From: an uncultured delta proteobacterium
GTDB taxonomy: Bacteria; Desulfobacterota; Desulfobacteria; Desulfobacterales; JAFDCJ01
Length of the DNA stretch: 64,000 nt
Direction: 5' to 3'
NCBI GenBank assembly: GCA_963769935.1
Contig: CAVYNY010000038.1
Coordinates: forward strand, 1-64,000
The notes beneath the pieces were generated by a model. The model was not told the origin of the DNA and searched no databases. It saw only the letters and a program-made list of their open reading frames with translations. A program made the translations under genes and the position numbers. Below, one piece after another: positions 21,411 through 32,385 of the stretch (position 1 is its first letter; every line of letters starts with the position of its first letter).

Positions 21411-22928
21411 TTGGGCTCCATACAAACGGCAATCATCGTGCTGGCTTCTTTTAGCGCCATCGCAGCCCTGCTCATTGTCGGACTGCTAATACAGCGGTCG
21501 CGACACGGCCGGGCAAAAGCGGCGTTGCGCGCCAGTGAAGAGCGGTATCTTTTGGCCCTCGCAGGCTCCACCGACGGCCTCTGGGACTGGAATCTGCTGT
21601 CCGGCACCGTCTTTTACTCCGATCGTTTCAGGGAAATCCTGGGGTATTCGTCCGAGGAGTTTCCCGGCCGGATAGATTCCTTCCGCAGCCGCCTGCACCC
21701 TGAAGACGCCGAGACCATCTGGACCGCGATCGAACGCCATCTTCAAGAGCACATCCCCTACAAGGTCGAATACCGCCTGCAGAAAAAATCCGGCGAGTAC
21801 CTGTGGTTTCTCGCGCGCGGCCAGGCCATCTGGAACAGCGAGGGCAAAGCGATCCGGATGTCCGGTTCTATTCAGGACATTACCGAGCGCAAGCAGGCCG
21901 AGCTTGATCTTAGGGCCGCCCTGTCCGAAATAAAAGAGCTAAAAGAAAAACTGGAGGTCGAGAGAGCCTATCTGCAGGAAGAAATCAAATTGGAATACAA
22001 CTATGAGAACATTATCGGTCAAAGCGACGGGCTCAAATATGTTCTCTATAAGGTGGAGCAAATTGCCCCCGGCGATACGACCGTTCTCGTTCTGGGGGAG
22101 ACCGGAACCGGCAAAGAGCTGGTGGCTCGGGCCATTCATGGCTTGAGCCCGCGCAAAAATAGGGCCTTAGTCAAAGTGAATTGCGCCACTCTACCTGCCA
22201 ATCTCGTCGAAAGCGAGCTATTCGGCCACGAGAAAGGTGCTTTCACGGGAGCCCATGCCAGACAACTGGGGCGCTTTGAAGTGGCCGACGGCGCCACCCT
22301 TTTTCTGGATGAGATCGGGGAACTGCCGCTGGAACTGCAGCCCAAACTGCTCAGGGTGATCCAGGATGGCGAGTTTGAACGGTTGGGCAGCTCCGGGACG
22401 ATCAAAGTCGATGCGCGGGTGATTGCCGCCACCAATCGCAACCTGGAAGAGGAAGTCCGCCGGGGCCGGTTTCGGGAAGACCTTTGGTACCGGCTCAACA
22501 TTTTTCCGATTACGGTGCCCCCGCTGCGGGAACGGATGGAGGACATCGCCCTGCTGGTGGATTTTTTCGTCGGTAAAATTTCCAAAAGACTGGGGAAGTC
22601 TATTGAAAGCATCCCGACGAGCGTTATGAATGCCCTGCAGGAGTATCAATGGCCCGGCAATGTCAGGGAATTGGAAAACGTCCTCGAACGGGCGGTAATC
22701 AATTCCTCGGGACCCAAACTACGCCTGGTGGATGAACTGAAAAAGCCTACTAAGGATTTAGCGGCCACCCAAAAAACACTGGAAGAGGTTGAGCGCGACC
22801 ATATTATCCGAATACTCGAACAAACCAATTGGAAAGTGAGCGGCAAAGACGGGGCCGCAGAAATCCTGGGGCTTAACCGCAGCACACTACGCGCCCGCAT
22901 CCGAAAATTGGGTATCCGCCAGCTATGA
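21411..22928 (+). CDS. Sigma54-dependent activator (TM-PAS-AAA+-Fis HTH); start uncertain
   Basis: [41 protein letters not shown]-terminal HTH; PAS (DGLWDW). Confidence 0.93.
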   Translation: MGSIQTAIIVLASFSAIAALLIVGLLIQRSRHGRAKAALRASEERYLLALAGSTDGLWDWNLLSGTVFYSDRFREILGYSSEEFPGRIDSFRSRLHPEDAETIWTAIERHLQEHIPYKVEYRLQKKSGEYLWFLARGQAIWNSEGKAIRMSGSIQDITERKQAELDLRAALSEIKELKEKLEVERAYLQEEIKLEYNYENIIGQSDGLKYVLYKVEQIAPGDTTVLVLGETGTGKELVARAIHGLSPRKNRALVKVNCATLPANLVESELFGHEKGAFTGAHARQLGRFEVADGATLFLDEIGELPLELQPKLLRVIQDGEFERLGSSGTIKVDARVIAATNRNLEEEVRRGRFREDLWYRLNIFPITVPPLRERMEDIALLVDFFVGKISKRLGKSIESIPTSVMNALQEYQWPGNVRELENVLERAVINSSGPKLRLVDELKKPTKDLAATQKTLEEVERDHIIRILEQTNWKVSGKDGAAEILGLNRSTLRARIRKLGIRQL

Positions 22929-23081
22929 ACATGGTTAAATATGGCCATTGGCCATATTTAACCATGTCATCCCACCGATTCATCCCTTTCGACATAGCCT
23001 CTTTTTTAAAATTATTATTATAAATATCAATCTGTTAAGTTTATTTTGATTTGACCTAGTCCGTCTGGCACGAAGTTTGAA
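22929..23081 (+). promoter_or_regulatory. Sigma54-type promoter module 5 (perfect palindromic enhancer)
   Basis: ACATGGTTAAATATGGCCA-T-TGGCCATATTTAACCATGT 22929-22967; TATCAATCTGTTA 23025-23037; TGGCACGAAGTTTGAA 23066-23081. Confidence 0.88.
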
Positions 23082-23183
23082 GTTATGGTTGTCGACGGCT
23101 TGTTTTTTTAGCTCTCAACCGGTGCAGAAAATTTTCAAGCTTTACAAACACATTTCTCTTGTCATTAAAGAGAGGAGGGTTTT

Positions 23184-23516
23184 GTGATCATCGTCAGGAT
23201 AGGCATGAATGCACTTATCGAAAAGCGGACAGAGGTTATGCAAACACTTCTCTCAATGATTGAACCAATGGAAAATGAGAGGGGTTGTCTGAGCTTTGAC
23301 GTCTTCCGGGATATCGAGGACAAGAACGGTTTCGGCTTGCTCGCGCAGTGGGAAACCCGTGACGATCTGGACCATTACCTAAAGTCCGACAGATTCAGCG
23401 TCTTGCTTGGCACAAAGAGCCTTTTATGCGAACCGCTGCAAGTTGAAATCCACACGGTTTCCAATTCGGAAGGCATGGAGACCGTGAATGCCTCGCGGGG
23501 GAAAAGAACTCGATAG
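23184..23516 (+). CDS. ABM-family (putative quinol monooxygenase-like) protein
   Basis: ERGCLSFDV...QWETRDDLDHYLKS pattern; GGAGG RBS. Confidence 0.8.
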   Translation: MIIVRIGMNALIEKRTEVMQTLLSMIEPMENERGCLSFDVFRDIEDKNGFGLLAQWETRDDLDHYLKSDRFSVLLGTKSLLCEPLQVEIHTVSNSEGMETVNASRGKRTR

Positions 23517-23648
23517 ACATTTTTGGGTATCCGGATCGGTACAGATAGATCTGAAACGCTGCTTTGCATTTTTGTGTACCGGCATTCCGCCGGGCATTTT
23601 GGTCATGTAGGCAAGACTATTACAACATCATTCAAGGGGGTATTATCC

Positions 23649-23999
23649 ATGAAAACAGAAAATGCGGGGAAGGTTAAGTTTGGAATTTGGGGCCTTATTT
23701 GCGGAGCGGTCATCGCAATGATCATCGGTTTTGGGTGGGGAGGGTGGTCAACCGCCGGCACTACCGAAAAGACGTCCCAGGAAGCGGTCTTGGCGAGTCA
23801 GGCGGCGATCTGCGTTGCCCAGTTTATGAAAGAGCCGAATCATGAGGAGCAGCTTAAAGATTTTGAGAAGGCAAGCAGCTGGGACAGAACTAAATTCATC
23901 GAAAAGGGGGGCTGGGACAAGATGCCCGGACAAAAGGAGGCCGACTATGCTGTAGACCGAGCATGCGCCGATGGGCTTGAACTTCTTGTCAAAAAATAA
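23649..23999 (+). CDS. Hypothetical membrane-anchored protein with two periplasmic Cys
   Basis: IIGFGWGGW TM; AAICVAQF and RACAD; start placed at ATG 23649. Confidence 0.75.
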   Translation: MKTENAGKVKFGIWGLICGAVIAMIIGFGWGGWSTAGTTEKTSQEAVLASQAAICVAQFMKEPNHEEQLKDFEKASSWDRTKFIEKGGWDKMPGQKEADYAVDRACADGLELLVKK

Positions 24000-24008
24000 G
24001 TTGCCGTT

Positions 24009-24037
24009 AAAGGTAACCCATAGGGGGTTGCCTTTTT
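24009..24037 (+). terminator. Rho-independent terminator
   Basis: AAAGGTAACCC-ATAGG-GGGTTGCCTTTTT. Confidence 0.65.
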
Positions 24038-24223
24038 CAATAGTTGCCTAGCGCGTGCCCTACCGGAAATAGCAGCTTCAGCCATCTTTAGGAGAATCTC
24101 ATATGCGGGGCAAAAAGCTTTGCCGGCAAAGATCAGACAAAACGAATATGCAGGGCCTTGGGGCCGTATCCCGAACAATGAGTAATATTTGGAAAAACGG
24201 TTTTGGAAGGCAAAGGAGAAGAG

Positions 24224-24328
24224 ATGGGCGATAAGGGAAAAAGGGACAAAGGCAAGCGCGAAGATCAGAAAAAAGGCAAGCATTCACTAAAAGAGAAGCG
24301 GAAGCAAAAAAAAGATAAGAGTAATTAG
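24224..24328 (+). CDS. 34-aa highly basic microprotein (not in ORF track)
   Basis: AAGGAG RBS; MGDKGKRDKGKREDQKKGKHSLKEKRKQKKDKSN*. Confidence 0.65.
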   Translation: MGDKGKRDKGKREDQKKGKHSLKEKRKQKKDKSN

Positions 24329-24546
24329 TCCACCCCGAAAAATAGCATATCCACGGTAGTGAATGGTTCTTCGAAAATTGAAGAAAGTCTTTTGATCGAA
24401 GGTCCGGCAAATTAACTGCATTATGCTGCGCATTTCGTTTCGCGCCGGCCCGCTTTTGCCAGTTTAGCCGATAAAACAGCACGAATTCGAATGGAGGTGC
24501 TCAGGATGGTGAAACAGCACCAGGTGAAGTAGTAAAGGCTATCGAA

Positions 24547-25686
24547 ATGCTCAACGATCAAAAAGAAGCGATTCTAATCTCGTTTTTTAATGAAAAGGAA
24601 AGATATAAAAAGCTTGCAGAATACATCGTTCATCTGATCAGAGACGATCCTTCGTCACCGAATGACAGTTTGCATACAATTACTTATCGCATCAAAGATG
24701 AGCTAAGACTTATTGAGAAAATTGATGCGTGTAATAATGCGCTTGCGGCTGGTGAATCGCAAATTTCGGCAAAAAATTATCAGACGAAAGTAGGAGATAT
24801 ATTAGGTGTCAGGATGATCTGTCTGCGTCTTTCGGATGTGGAGAAAGCCGAGGCATATCTCAGACTTTTGTCCGAAGAAAAAATTCTGCGTTTCACAAAA
24901 GGACCCGATAAAAAAAGATCTTTCATTCTTGCGGTTAACCCCGGTGAGCCGATGTCAGGAAGCATTGATCAAAGATTTACAGGGTACTCATCTATTCATT
25001 ACCAGGTGGAGTTGGGCGAGAACTCAGATGCACCCATCGGCTTGCAGGATCTTCAAGTCGAATTTCAATTGAGAACTATTCTTGAGGAGGCATGGGGCGA
25101 GATTGATCACAAATATAGATATGCCCGCAGTCGCAGTGGCGAAATTCTTCCCGATTATATACAAAGGGGCTTCTATAATTTGAGTGTCCTCCTTCAGGTC
25201 GCCGCTCTTCAGGCAGAAGATTTATGTATTCTTGCCGAGACCGCCGGTCTGAAGATAAACACCAAGATTAAAAGGAGTCCCGTGATTCCGGGCAGCAATG
25301 GGCCCGACTCAATTGAAACTGCGGAGACTAAAGCATGTCAGAAATCTTTTACGCCGGCCCTTGAAGAGTATCTGGAAAAAATTCTGGGTTTTAAGGTAAC
25401 CGTCAGAACGCTGACCTACATCGAAAAGCGTCTTGGTGAAGTCGGTTTAACGGAAGGACTTCACGAAATGCTTCAAAAGCTGTTCTCGGAAGACCGGATA
25501 CTTGAATTTAAGTCCATTTTCCACGAGACGCTTCACCTTGTGCCCTTTATGAACGAGAAGGAAAGAAACATTGATGCAATAAATGCATTAAATTTTGCAA
25601 TTTTCGACGAGCTCCAAGGGAAAAGAATCGCACATGAAGGGTTGAAATCTGTTTTAAGACGGAGAAAGGGGCGGTCAAATTGTTAG
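24547..25686 (+). CDS. Small alarmone synthetase-like RelA/SpoT domain protein with C-terminal extension
   Basis: RIKD..RLIEK, DILGVR, GYSSIHY, EFQLRT..EEAWGEIDHKYRY; no HD hydrolase domain. Confidence 0.85.
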   Translation: MLNDQKEAILISFFNEKERYKKLAEYIVHLIRDDPSSPNDSLHTITYRIKDELRLIEKIDACNNALAAGESQISAKNYQTKVGDILGVRMICLRLSDVEKAEAYLRLLSEEKILRFTKGPDKKRSFILAVNPGEPMSGSIDQRFTGYSSIHYQVELGENSDAPIGLQDLQVEFQLRTILEEAWGEIDHKYRYARSRSGEILPDYIQRGFYNLSVLLQVAALQAEDLCILAETAGLKINTKIKRSPVIPGSNGPDSIETAETKACQKSFTPALEEYLEKILGFKVTVRTLTYIEKRLGEVGLTEGLHEMLQKLFSEDRILEFKSIFHETLHLVPFMNEKERNIDAINALNFAIFDELQGKRIAHEGLKSVLRRRKGRSNC

Positions 25687-25990
25687 CATATCTGCAAGGA
25701 TGAAGGTGTCCGCCGGCTGCCATTCGGCCTTTATCGTATTCGGTCTTTCGCATCTTTTTAATATTTGCTGCAAATCCGATTTGACGCCGTTGACCTTTTT
25801 AGATTTAGAAAGCTTAAAGATCCGCCCTGGAATTCCCCCGACAGCGATGGCACTGAAACATTGCATCCCTGATCTGAAAATCCCAAAATTTTATTGCGTC
25901 GCCAAAAAATAAATGACGCCGCGACATCCAAAAATCCTATCTCTTGTAATTCTTTGCAGAATACAATATGAAATATGTAAACAATCCTGA

Positions 25991-26036
25991 CCCAGCTTCC
26001 GGCCCGCAGAGCCTGCAGCTCGGAGAGAGGGGTGGT
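25991..26036. repeat. 46-bp dispersed repeat, copy 1
   Basis: CCCAGCTTCCGGCCCGCAGAGCCTGCAGCTCGGAGAGAGGGGTGGT; one mismatch to 39860..39905. Confidence 0.8.
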
Positions 26037-26195
26037 TTTGGCTGTTAGAGAACCCATGGAATAATGGAATGTCGAAGATCCGCCTTTGGAGGGGTGGAAA
26101 AATGGAATATTGGATATAAATCACAGGAGGATGGTTGACTGATTTACTTTTCTGATCAGTGCCATCCATATAAAACAGATCTAATTCCGCCGAAC

Positions 26196-26238
26196 CCAAC
26201 ATTCCAACACTCCAACATTCCATTACTCCATCATTCCA
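26196..26238. repeat. 8-bp tandem repeat (CCAWYAYT x5)
   Basis: CCAACATT CCAACACT CCAACATT CCATTACT CCATCATT; complementary TGGAATAA-type units at ~26057-26114. Confidence 0.75.
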
Positions 26239-26331
26239 CGGCATATGTCTACAGCACAGCCAATCTTCTCTGCCTGGCTCAAAGGACCAGATTTTCAATG
26301 CTGGAATAAATTGGCTTAAGGAGGGAATAAA

Positions 26332-26859
26332 ATGTTTAAGGAGGAAAGAGAAGAGCTGAAATTCGACTGGAGTATGATTGGAAATATCGGGGAGGGTCGT
26401 CCCAACCTTGGCAACACCATGGACGTGAGTGTCTACCGGCTGATGCAGTTTACCTTAAGAGATGTGCTCATCAAAGAATTCGATACTCAAGCCGCGGATA
26501 GAATATTTTTCGAGGCCGGCGAACATGCCGGTCGACAATTTTGCAGGGAATTAATCACCAAAAAAGATGATTTTAATGAATTTGTGGTTGAGCTCCAGGA
26601 GTTGCTCAAAAAACTAAAAATTGGGATATTAAGAATTGAAAAAGCCGACCTCGAAAAACTGACTTTCACGCTGACCGTTGCCGAAGATCTGGATTGCTCG
26701 GGGCTGCCGCCCAGCAATGAAACCATCTGTACCTACGACGAGGGGTTTATCAGCGGATTGCTTTCAGAGTACACGGGAAAGACTTTCAGCGCCAAAGAAG
26801 TCGATTGCTGGTGCTCCGGAGATAGAGTCTGCCGCTTTGAAGCGAAGTCGGTAGAATAA
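26332..26859 (+). CDS. V4R (4-vinyl reductase) domain sensor protein
   Basis: EDLDCSGLP...[11 protein letters not shown]...[14 protein letters not shown]. Confidence 0.88.
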   Translation: MFKEEREELKFDWSMIGNIGEGRPNLGNTMDVSVYRLMQFTLRDVLIKEFDTQAADRIFFEAGEHAGRQFCRELITKKDDFNEFVVELQELLKKLKIGILRIEKADLEKLTFTLTVAEDLDCSGLPPSNETICTYDEGFISGLLSEYTGKTFSAKEVDCWCSGDRVCRFEAKSVE

Positions 26860-26870
26860 GGGATGATCGA

Positions 26871-29728
26871 ATGCTCACTGTCCGAGAAGAAGACATCGAT
26901 AAAATAACCGAAGCATTTTATCTCATATTAAGAGGTAAAAAGCCTCCTCCGCTCGAGCTGCCCCAAGATTATCCGGACAACGAAATCAGACAGGCGGTAG
27001 GCTATATCAACAAATTCATAAATGAATATAACAACGCTACCGACTTGATTTACACCATATCCCGGGGTGATTTGGATTTCGAACCGCCCGGCGGGAAAAT
27101 TCTGATTGTGCAATCGCTTAAGAATTTGCAGGCCAGTTTAAGGCATTTAACCTGGACGACCCAACAGATCGCTAGGGGTGATTTCAGCCATGAAGTCGAT
27201 TTTATGGGGGATTTTTCAGCAGCTTTCAACAGCATGACCCGCCAGTTAAAAGACGCCTTCGAAGCGCTCGAAAAAAGCAAGGAAGAGACGCAGGCCGCTA
27301 AAGAAGCCGCTGAAGATGCAACCCGGGCCAAAAGCGAATTTTTAGCGAACATGAGCCATGAAATCCGCACCCCGATGAATGCCATCATGGGAATGGCTCA
27401 TTTGGCTTTGAAAACCGAACTTACCGCCAAGCAGTACGACTACCTGAAAAAGGTAGATATTTCCGCCAAGTCCCTTTTAGGCATCATCAACGACATTCTG
27501 GATTTTTCAAAGATCGAAGCCGGCAAATTGGACATGGAAGCGGTGGACTTTCAGCTGGAGGATACCCTCGACAACATTTCCACCCTGATCGGCATTAAAA
27601 CCCAGGAAAAGGGACTGGAACTGCTTTTTAAGACCGACCCGTCCGTGCCGACGGCCCTGATCGGTGATCCCCTGCGCCTGGGGCAAATCCTCATCAACTT
27701 AGCGAACAATGCCGTAAAATTTACCGATTCGGGAGAGATTGTCGTGGCCACCGAACTGGTCCAAAAAAACGACCGGCAGGTCACACTGAAATTTTCGGTT
27801 CGGGACAGCGGCATCGGCATGACGGGGGAGCAGGCTGCCAAGCTGTTTCAACCGTTTATGCAGGCCGATTCCTCAACGACCCGCAAATACGGCGGCACCG
27901 GACTGGGGCTGACGATCAGCAAACGCCTGGCGGAGATGATGGGCGGGAAAATCTGGGTTGAAAGCCGGCCCGGACAAGGCAGTACCTTCAGTTTCACCGC
28001 CGACTTTGGGCTGGGAAAAGAAAAGGCCCGGCAAAAATTCAAGCCTTCGCAGGATCTGCGGGGCATGAAGGTTCTGGTGGTAGACGACAGCGCGGCCTCA
28101 AGGGATATTTTACAGGAGATGCTGGAATCTTTTTCATTTGAGGTCACCCGGGCGGCTTCCGGCCAGGAGGGAATAACCGAGCTTGAAAAGGCATCGCAGA
28201 CGCGACCTTTTGAGCTTGTCATTATGGATTGGAAGATGCCGGGTATGGACGGCATTGAGGCGTCCCGGCGCATTAAAAACCATCCGGGTTTGAGCCAAAT
28301 TCCAGCCGTCGTACTGGCGACTGCCTACGGCCGCGAAGAGGTCATGCAGAAAGCGGAGGCGGTGGGACTCGAAGGCTTTTTGCTGAAGCCGGTCAGCCCT
28401 TCAATGCTATTTGACACCATCATGCAGGCCTTTGGCCAAGAAATAGACGCAACCTCGCGGGTGGCACAAAGAAAAGGACAGGGGGCCCGGGTCTTGGAAA
28501 ATATTCAGGGCGCCCGCGTGCTGTTGGTAGAGGATAATGAAATCAACCAGCAGGTCGCCAGGGAGATTCTTGAGGGCGCAGGTCTGAATGTCACGGTGGC
28601 AAAAAACGGGCAGGAAGCGGTCAATGCCGTCAAGGCCGGCTCCTATGACGCGGTGCTCATGGACGTGCAGATGCCGGTGATGGACGGGTACACCGCCGCT
28701 CGCAAAATACGCGAGTGGGAATCAGTCTCCGCTAAAGCGGATGCTGATATGATGGAAACACGGAATATTATCGGCAAAAATCCAGAATCCAAAATCGACC
28801 GCAGTATCTCAGTCCATAGTCCTCAGTCCTCAGAACTTCCGCCATCCAGCATCCAGCATCCAGCATCGAGTATCCAACATCCAGTACCTATTATTGCCAT
28901 GACGGCGCATGCCATGACCGGGGATGAAGATAAAAGTTTTAAGGCCGGAATGAACGATCACGTTACCAAGCCGATTGATCCGGACAAGCTGTTTGCCGCC
29001 CTGCAGAAGTGGATCAAGCCGGCTGCGGAGCGGCAGGCCGTCCAAAAATTCGGTGGTAGGTGATGCACCTGCGAAGTTAGATCAGGCGACCCCGCAAAAA
29101 GATGATCTGCCGGAAGATTTGCCGGGTTTCGATCTGGCAGCCGGACTTACGCGCCTGTCCGGCAACAAACGTCTTTACCGCAAGCTGCTGCTGGATTTCG
29201 GCGCCGATTATGGCAGCGCTGCCGCCGAAATCCGTGAGGCTTTGGCGGCCGACGATTTCAAGCAGGCCCACAGCCTGGTTCACAACCTGAAAGGGCTGGC
29301 CGGAAATCTGGCCGCCACAGACCTTCAGGCGGCGGCCGTGGCAATGGAAAAGCTTGTTAAAGGGCAGGCTGCGGAGACTGCCTCAGTTAACGAACTGAAC
29401 CGGCAGGTAGCAGACCTGGAAAGTGCTCTCGCGCGGGCCCTGGACGCGGTTCAAACCATAGCTCCCATGACCGAAAAGGTAACCGTCGCCAGCACCGGAG
29501 ACGACATGCCTCCCCTACCCCCCGAACTGGCTAGAGAAGATGGCCGCTCGCATCAATGCGGCGGCCGAAATGGGAGATGTGATGCAAATTAAAGCAATAG
29601 CCGAGGATTTGAAGTCCGAATCGGCTGCCGCGGCATCTTTTTGTAGCAGAATAGTCCGCTTGGCGCAGGATTTTGACTTCGATGGTATTCAAAAACTGGT
29701 TGTCAAAACAAAAGAAAATAGTTTTTAG
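26871..29728 (+). CDS. Hybrid histidine kinase (HAMP-HisKA-HATPase-REC-REC-Hpt), split by two +1 frameshifts
   Basis: [17 protein letters not shown]-boxes, two REC domains; Hpt motif [10 protein letters not shown] in the next frame (shifts near 29045 and 29538). Confidence 0.85.
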
Positions 29729-29792
29729 TGATAAAAGATCCGCTGCAGATGCAGGCTTTAGAGGATAGCTTGTGGCAGACGATACCTGAAAT

Positions 29793-30372
29793 ATTCATAT
29801 CCTTCCCGCCAAGCTGAACCGTCCGACGGCAGATAGCAACTGGGTTCATCGATCTCGACTCATTGTACGCTTTGATGAAAGTCTGGCAAAAAGACTGACG
29901 CTCCTCTCTGCTCCTGCCGGGATATGGCAAAACGACCCTGGTTGTTCAATGGCTCAATCAGGTTTCTGAAAATGCGACCTGGCTTTCCCTGGATAAAAAC
30001 GACAGTGATCCGGATCGTTTCCTCAGATATCTTATCGCCGCTGTCCGCAGAGCTTTTCCAGGATTCGGTTCCGAGATCGAATCATTGCTCTCATCCCCTA
30101 CCCTGCCGCCGCCGGATTATTTGGCTGACACGCTTATTTCCATTCTGGTTGCTTTGAAAAAAACGCTGGAGGTCGTTCTCGAAGAATTTCACACCATTGA
30201 TTCCGAACCCGTGCAGATGATGCTTGGCCGGGTTGTTCAATACCTGCCGGACCACATTCACCTGATCATCTCGACCCGGATGGATCCCCCATTGCCGCTG
30301 GCGCATTGGCGAGTCCGAAGCTGGATCCTGGAACTTCGTACAGCTGATCAGCTTTCCGGATCTGTACGTTGA
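29793..30372 (+). pseudogene. Truncated MalT/LAL-family regulator N-terminus
   Basis: ILPAKLNRP...LTLLSAPAG/YGKTTL...WLSLDKNDSDPDRF...STRMDPPLPLA; frameshift near 29921; stops after ~190 aa. Confidence 0.78.
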
Positions 30373-30423
30373 CGGCTACACCTATCCGGACCCGCCCAGT
30401 CGCACGGAGGATCAGTAAATACT

Positions 30424-30861
30424 ATGAAAAAATCAGAACGGCTAGAGCTCTTCCTCGATCTCTGCCGGATCGATTCGCCGTCGGGCGAAGAGCAGTCGGT
30501 CGGGGGCTACATCATCAAGCATCTTGCCCGCCACAAGATCAGGGCCGGCCGCGATGCGTACGGCAACGCGATCGCCAAAGTTGCGGGTGAGGGCAAGCCC
30601 CTCGTGCTTTCGGCCCATCTCGATACGGTCGAGCCCGGGCGGGGCGTGAAGCCGGTGGCGCATCCGGCCGCTTGACCTCGTCTTCACGCGCCAGGAAGAG
30701 ACGGACCTAAACCGGGTTTACAATCTTGATTTGAGCCGGATTCGGGCGAGCGAGGGCTTGATCCTCGACGGGGAGGACGCGCCCGGCCGGATCACGATCG
30801 CCTCGCCCTACATCTGCAATGTCGATACCCGGGTGGAAGGGCGGGCGGCGCATGCCGGCAT
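30424..30861 (+). pseudogene. M20/PepT-like peptidase remnant
   Basis: IDSPSGEE, SAHLDTVEPG, FTRQEE, GRAAHAG; internal deletion, frameshift and truncation. Confidence 0.78.
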
Positions 30862-30923
30862 ATTTTTACAGTTCTGGATGTGCTCTGCACTGGGGCCTAA
30901 TCGTTTGGCGCTGAAGATTCGAC

Positions 30924-31631
30924 CTACAAACCCAAGTAGATCTCTTTGATCTCCTGGTTGCGAAGCAACTCCTGGGAATTTCCCTGCATTTCAACTCTTC
31001 CGGTGGAGAGAACATAACCATAATGGGAATTATCAAGGGCCAATTGTACATCCTGTTCAACCAATAGAACGCTGGTGCCTTGCTGATTAATCTCTTTTAC
31101 ATTGTCAATCAGATCATCGACAATCAGCGGGGCGAGTCCCAATGACATCTCATCGATTATAATCAGCCGGGGGTTTCCCATGAGACCCCGGGCAAATGCA
31201 CACATTTGCTGTTCTCCTCCGGAAAGGCTGCCGGTTTTCTGCTGCCGCCGCTCTCCTAACCGGGAAAAGATCTTATAAACTCTTTCCAGTTCCGGCCGTA
31301 TATTTTTAGATTTTTTCCTTCTGAATGCTCCCATCATCAGGTTTTCTTCTACCGTCATATAGGGAAACAGTCTTCTCCCCTCCGGAACCTGGATAATTCC
31401 TTTGGCGACGATTTCCTTGGAAGACATCCGGGTAATATCTTCACCCTGAAAAACGATAGTGCCGCTATACGGGTTTAAAAGTCCGGATACGGTTTTAAGC
31501 AATGTTGATTTCCCGGCGCCATTGGCTCCCACCAAGGCGACGATCTGGCCTTCTTCAATCTGAAGGCCGATATCCCAAAGCACCTGAATATCTCCATATC
31601 CTACATTCAGTTCTCTGATTTCAAGCAGCAC
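30924..31631 (-). CDS. livF: HAAT ABC transporter ATPase (LivF-like)
   Basis: GANGAGKS, VPEGRRLF, LSGGEQQM. Confidence 0.9.
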   Translation of the reverse strand: MLLEIRELNVGYGDIQVLWDIGLQIEEGQIVALVGANGAGKSTLLKTVSGLLNPYSGTIVFQGEDITRMSSKEIVAKGIIQVPEGRRLFPYMTVEENLMMGAFRRKKSKNIRPELERVYKIFSRLGERRQQKTGSLSGGEQQMCAFARGLMGNPRLIIIDEMSLGLAPLIVDDLIDNVKEINQQGTSVLLVEQDVQLALDNSHYGYVLSTGRVEMQGNSQELLRNQEIKEIYLGL

Positions 31632-32370
31632 TGCCCAGTTCCTTATATCGTCTTCCCAGGTAAGCTTTAATCACAGCCTCATCATTCAACACGTCTCCCA
31701 CCGTCCCATCGGCGATCTTCTCTCCGTGATGGAGCACAAATATCCGGTCACAAACATTTTTGATCGCACGCATAACATGCTCGATAATTAAGATGGACAT
31801 ACCGCTTTCCCGAATCTTTTTAATGAGTTCAACCGCCTGGTCAATTTCACCAAAATTGAGCCCGGCCATGACTTCATCAAACAAAACCAGTTCCGGGTCC
31901 ATGGCCAAGGCTTTTGCCATTTCCAGCCGCTTGCGGGACGCCACGCTCAGCTGATCCGCACCTTTGTTCATCTGATCTGCCAGACCGACAAATTCTAAGA
32001 TTTGCTCCGCCCTTTGAATCGCTTCCTTGGCGGATTTATTTTTTCCCCCGGCACCATACATGGCGCCCACCGCTGCATTTTCCTTTACCGTCATTCCGGG
32101 AAACGGTTTAACAACCTGAAAAGTTCGGCTGATTCCCATACGGCCGATCTGATATGGCTTTTTCCCTGATATTCGCTTGCCTTTGAAAAAAACATCTCCG
32201 TCTGAAGGCGCATAAACCCCGGCAATCACATTCACCAGGGTGGTCTTTCCGGCGCCGTTGGGGCCAATAAGCCCCAGGATTTCGCCTTGTTGAAGATAGA
32301 AATCAACATAGCCCACCGCAATAAGCCCTGCAAAGCGTTTTGTAATATTTTTGCCTTCCAGAATGACCAT
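31621..32370 (-). CDS. livG: HAAT ABC transporter ATPase (LivG-like)
   Basis: GPNGAGKTT, IEHVM, AYLG. Confidence 0.9.
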   Translation of the reverse strand: MVILEGKNITKRFAGLIAVGYVDFYLQQGEILGLIGPNGAGKTTLVNVIAGVYAPSDGDVFFKGKRISGKKPYQIGRMGISRTFQVVKPFPGMTVKENAAVGAMYGAGGKNKSAKEAIQRAEQILEFVGLADQMNKGADQLSVASRKRLEMAKALAMDPELVLFDEVMAGLNFGEIDQAVELIKKIRESGMSILIIEHVMRAIKNVCDRIFVLHHGEKIADGTVGDVLNDEAVIKAYLGRRYKELGSAA

Positions 32371-32385
32371 AAATGCAAACCCTTT

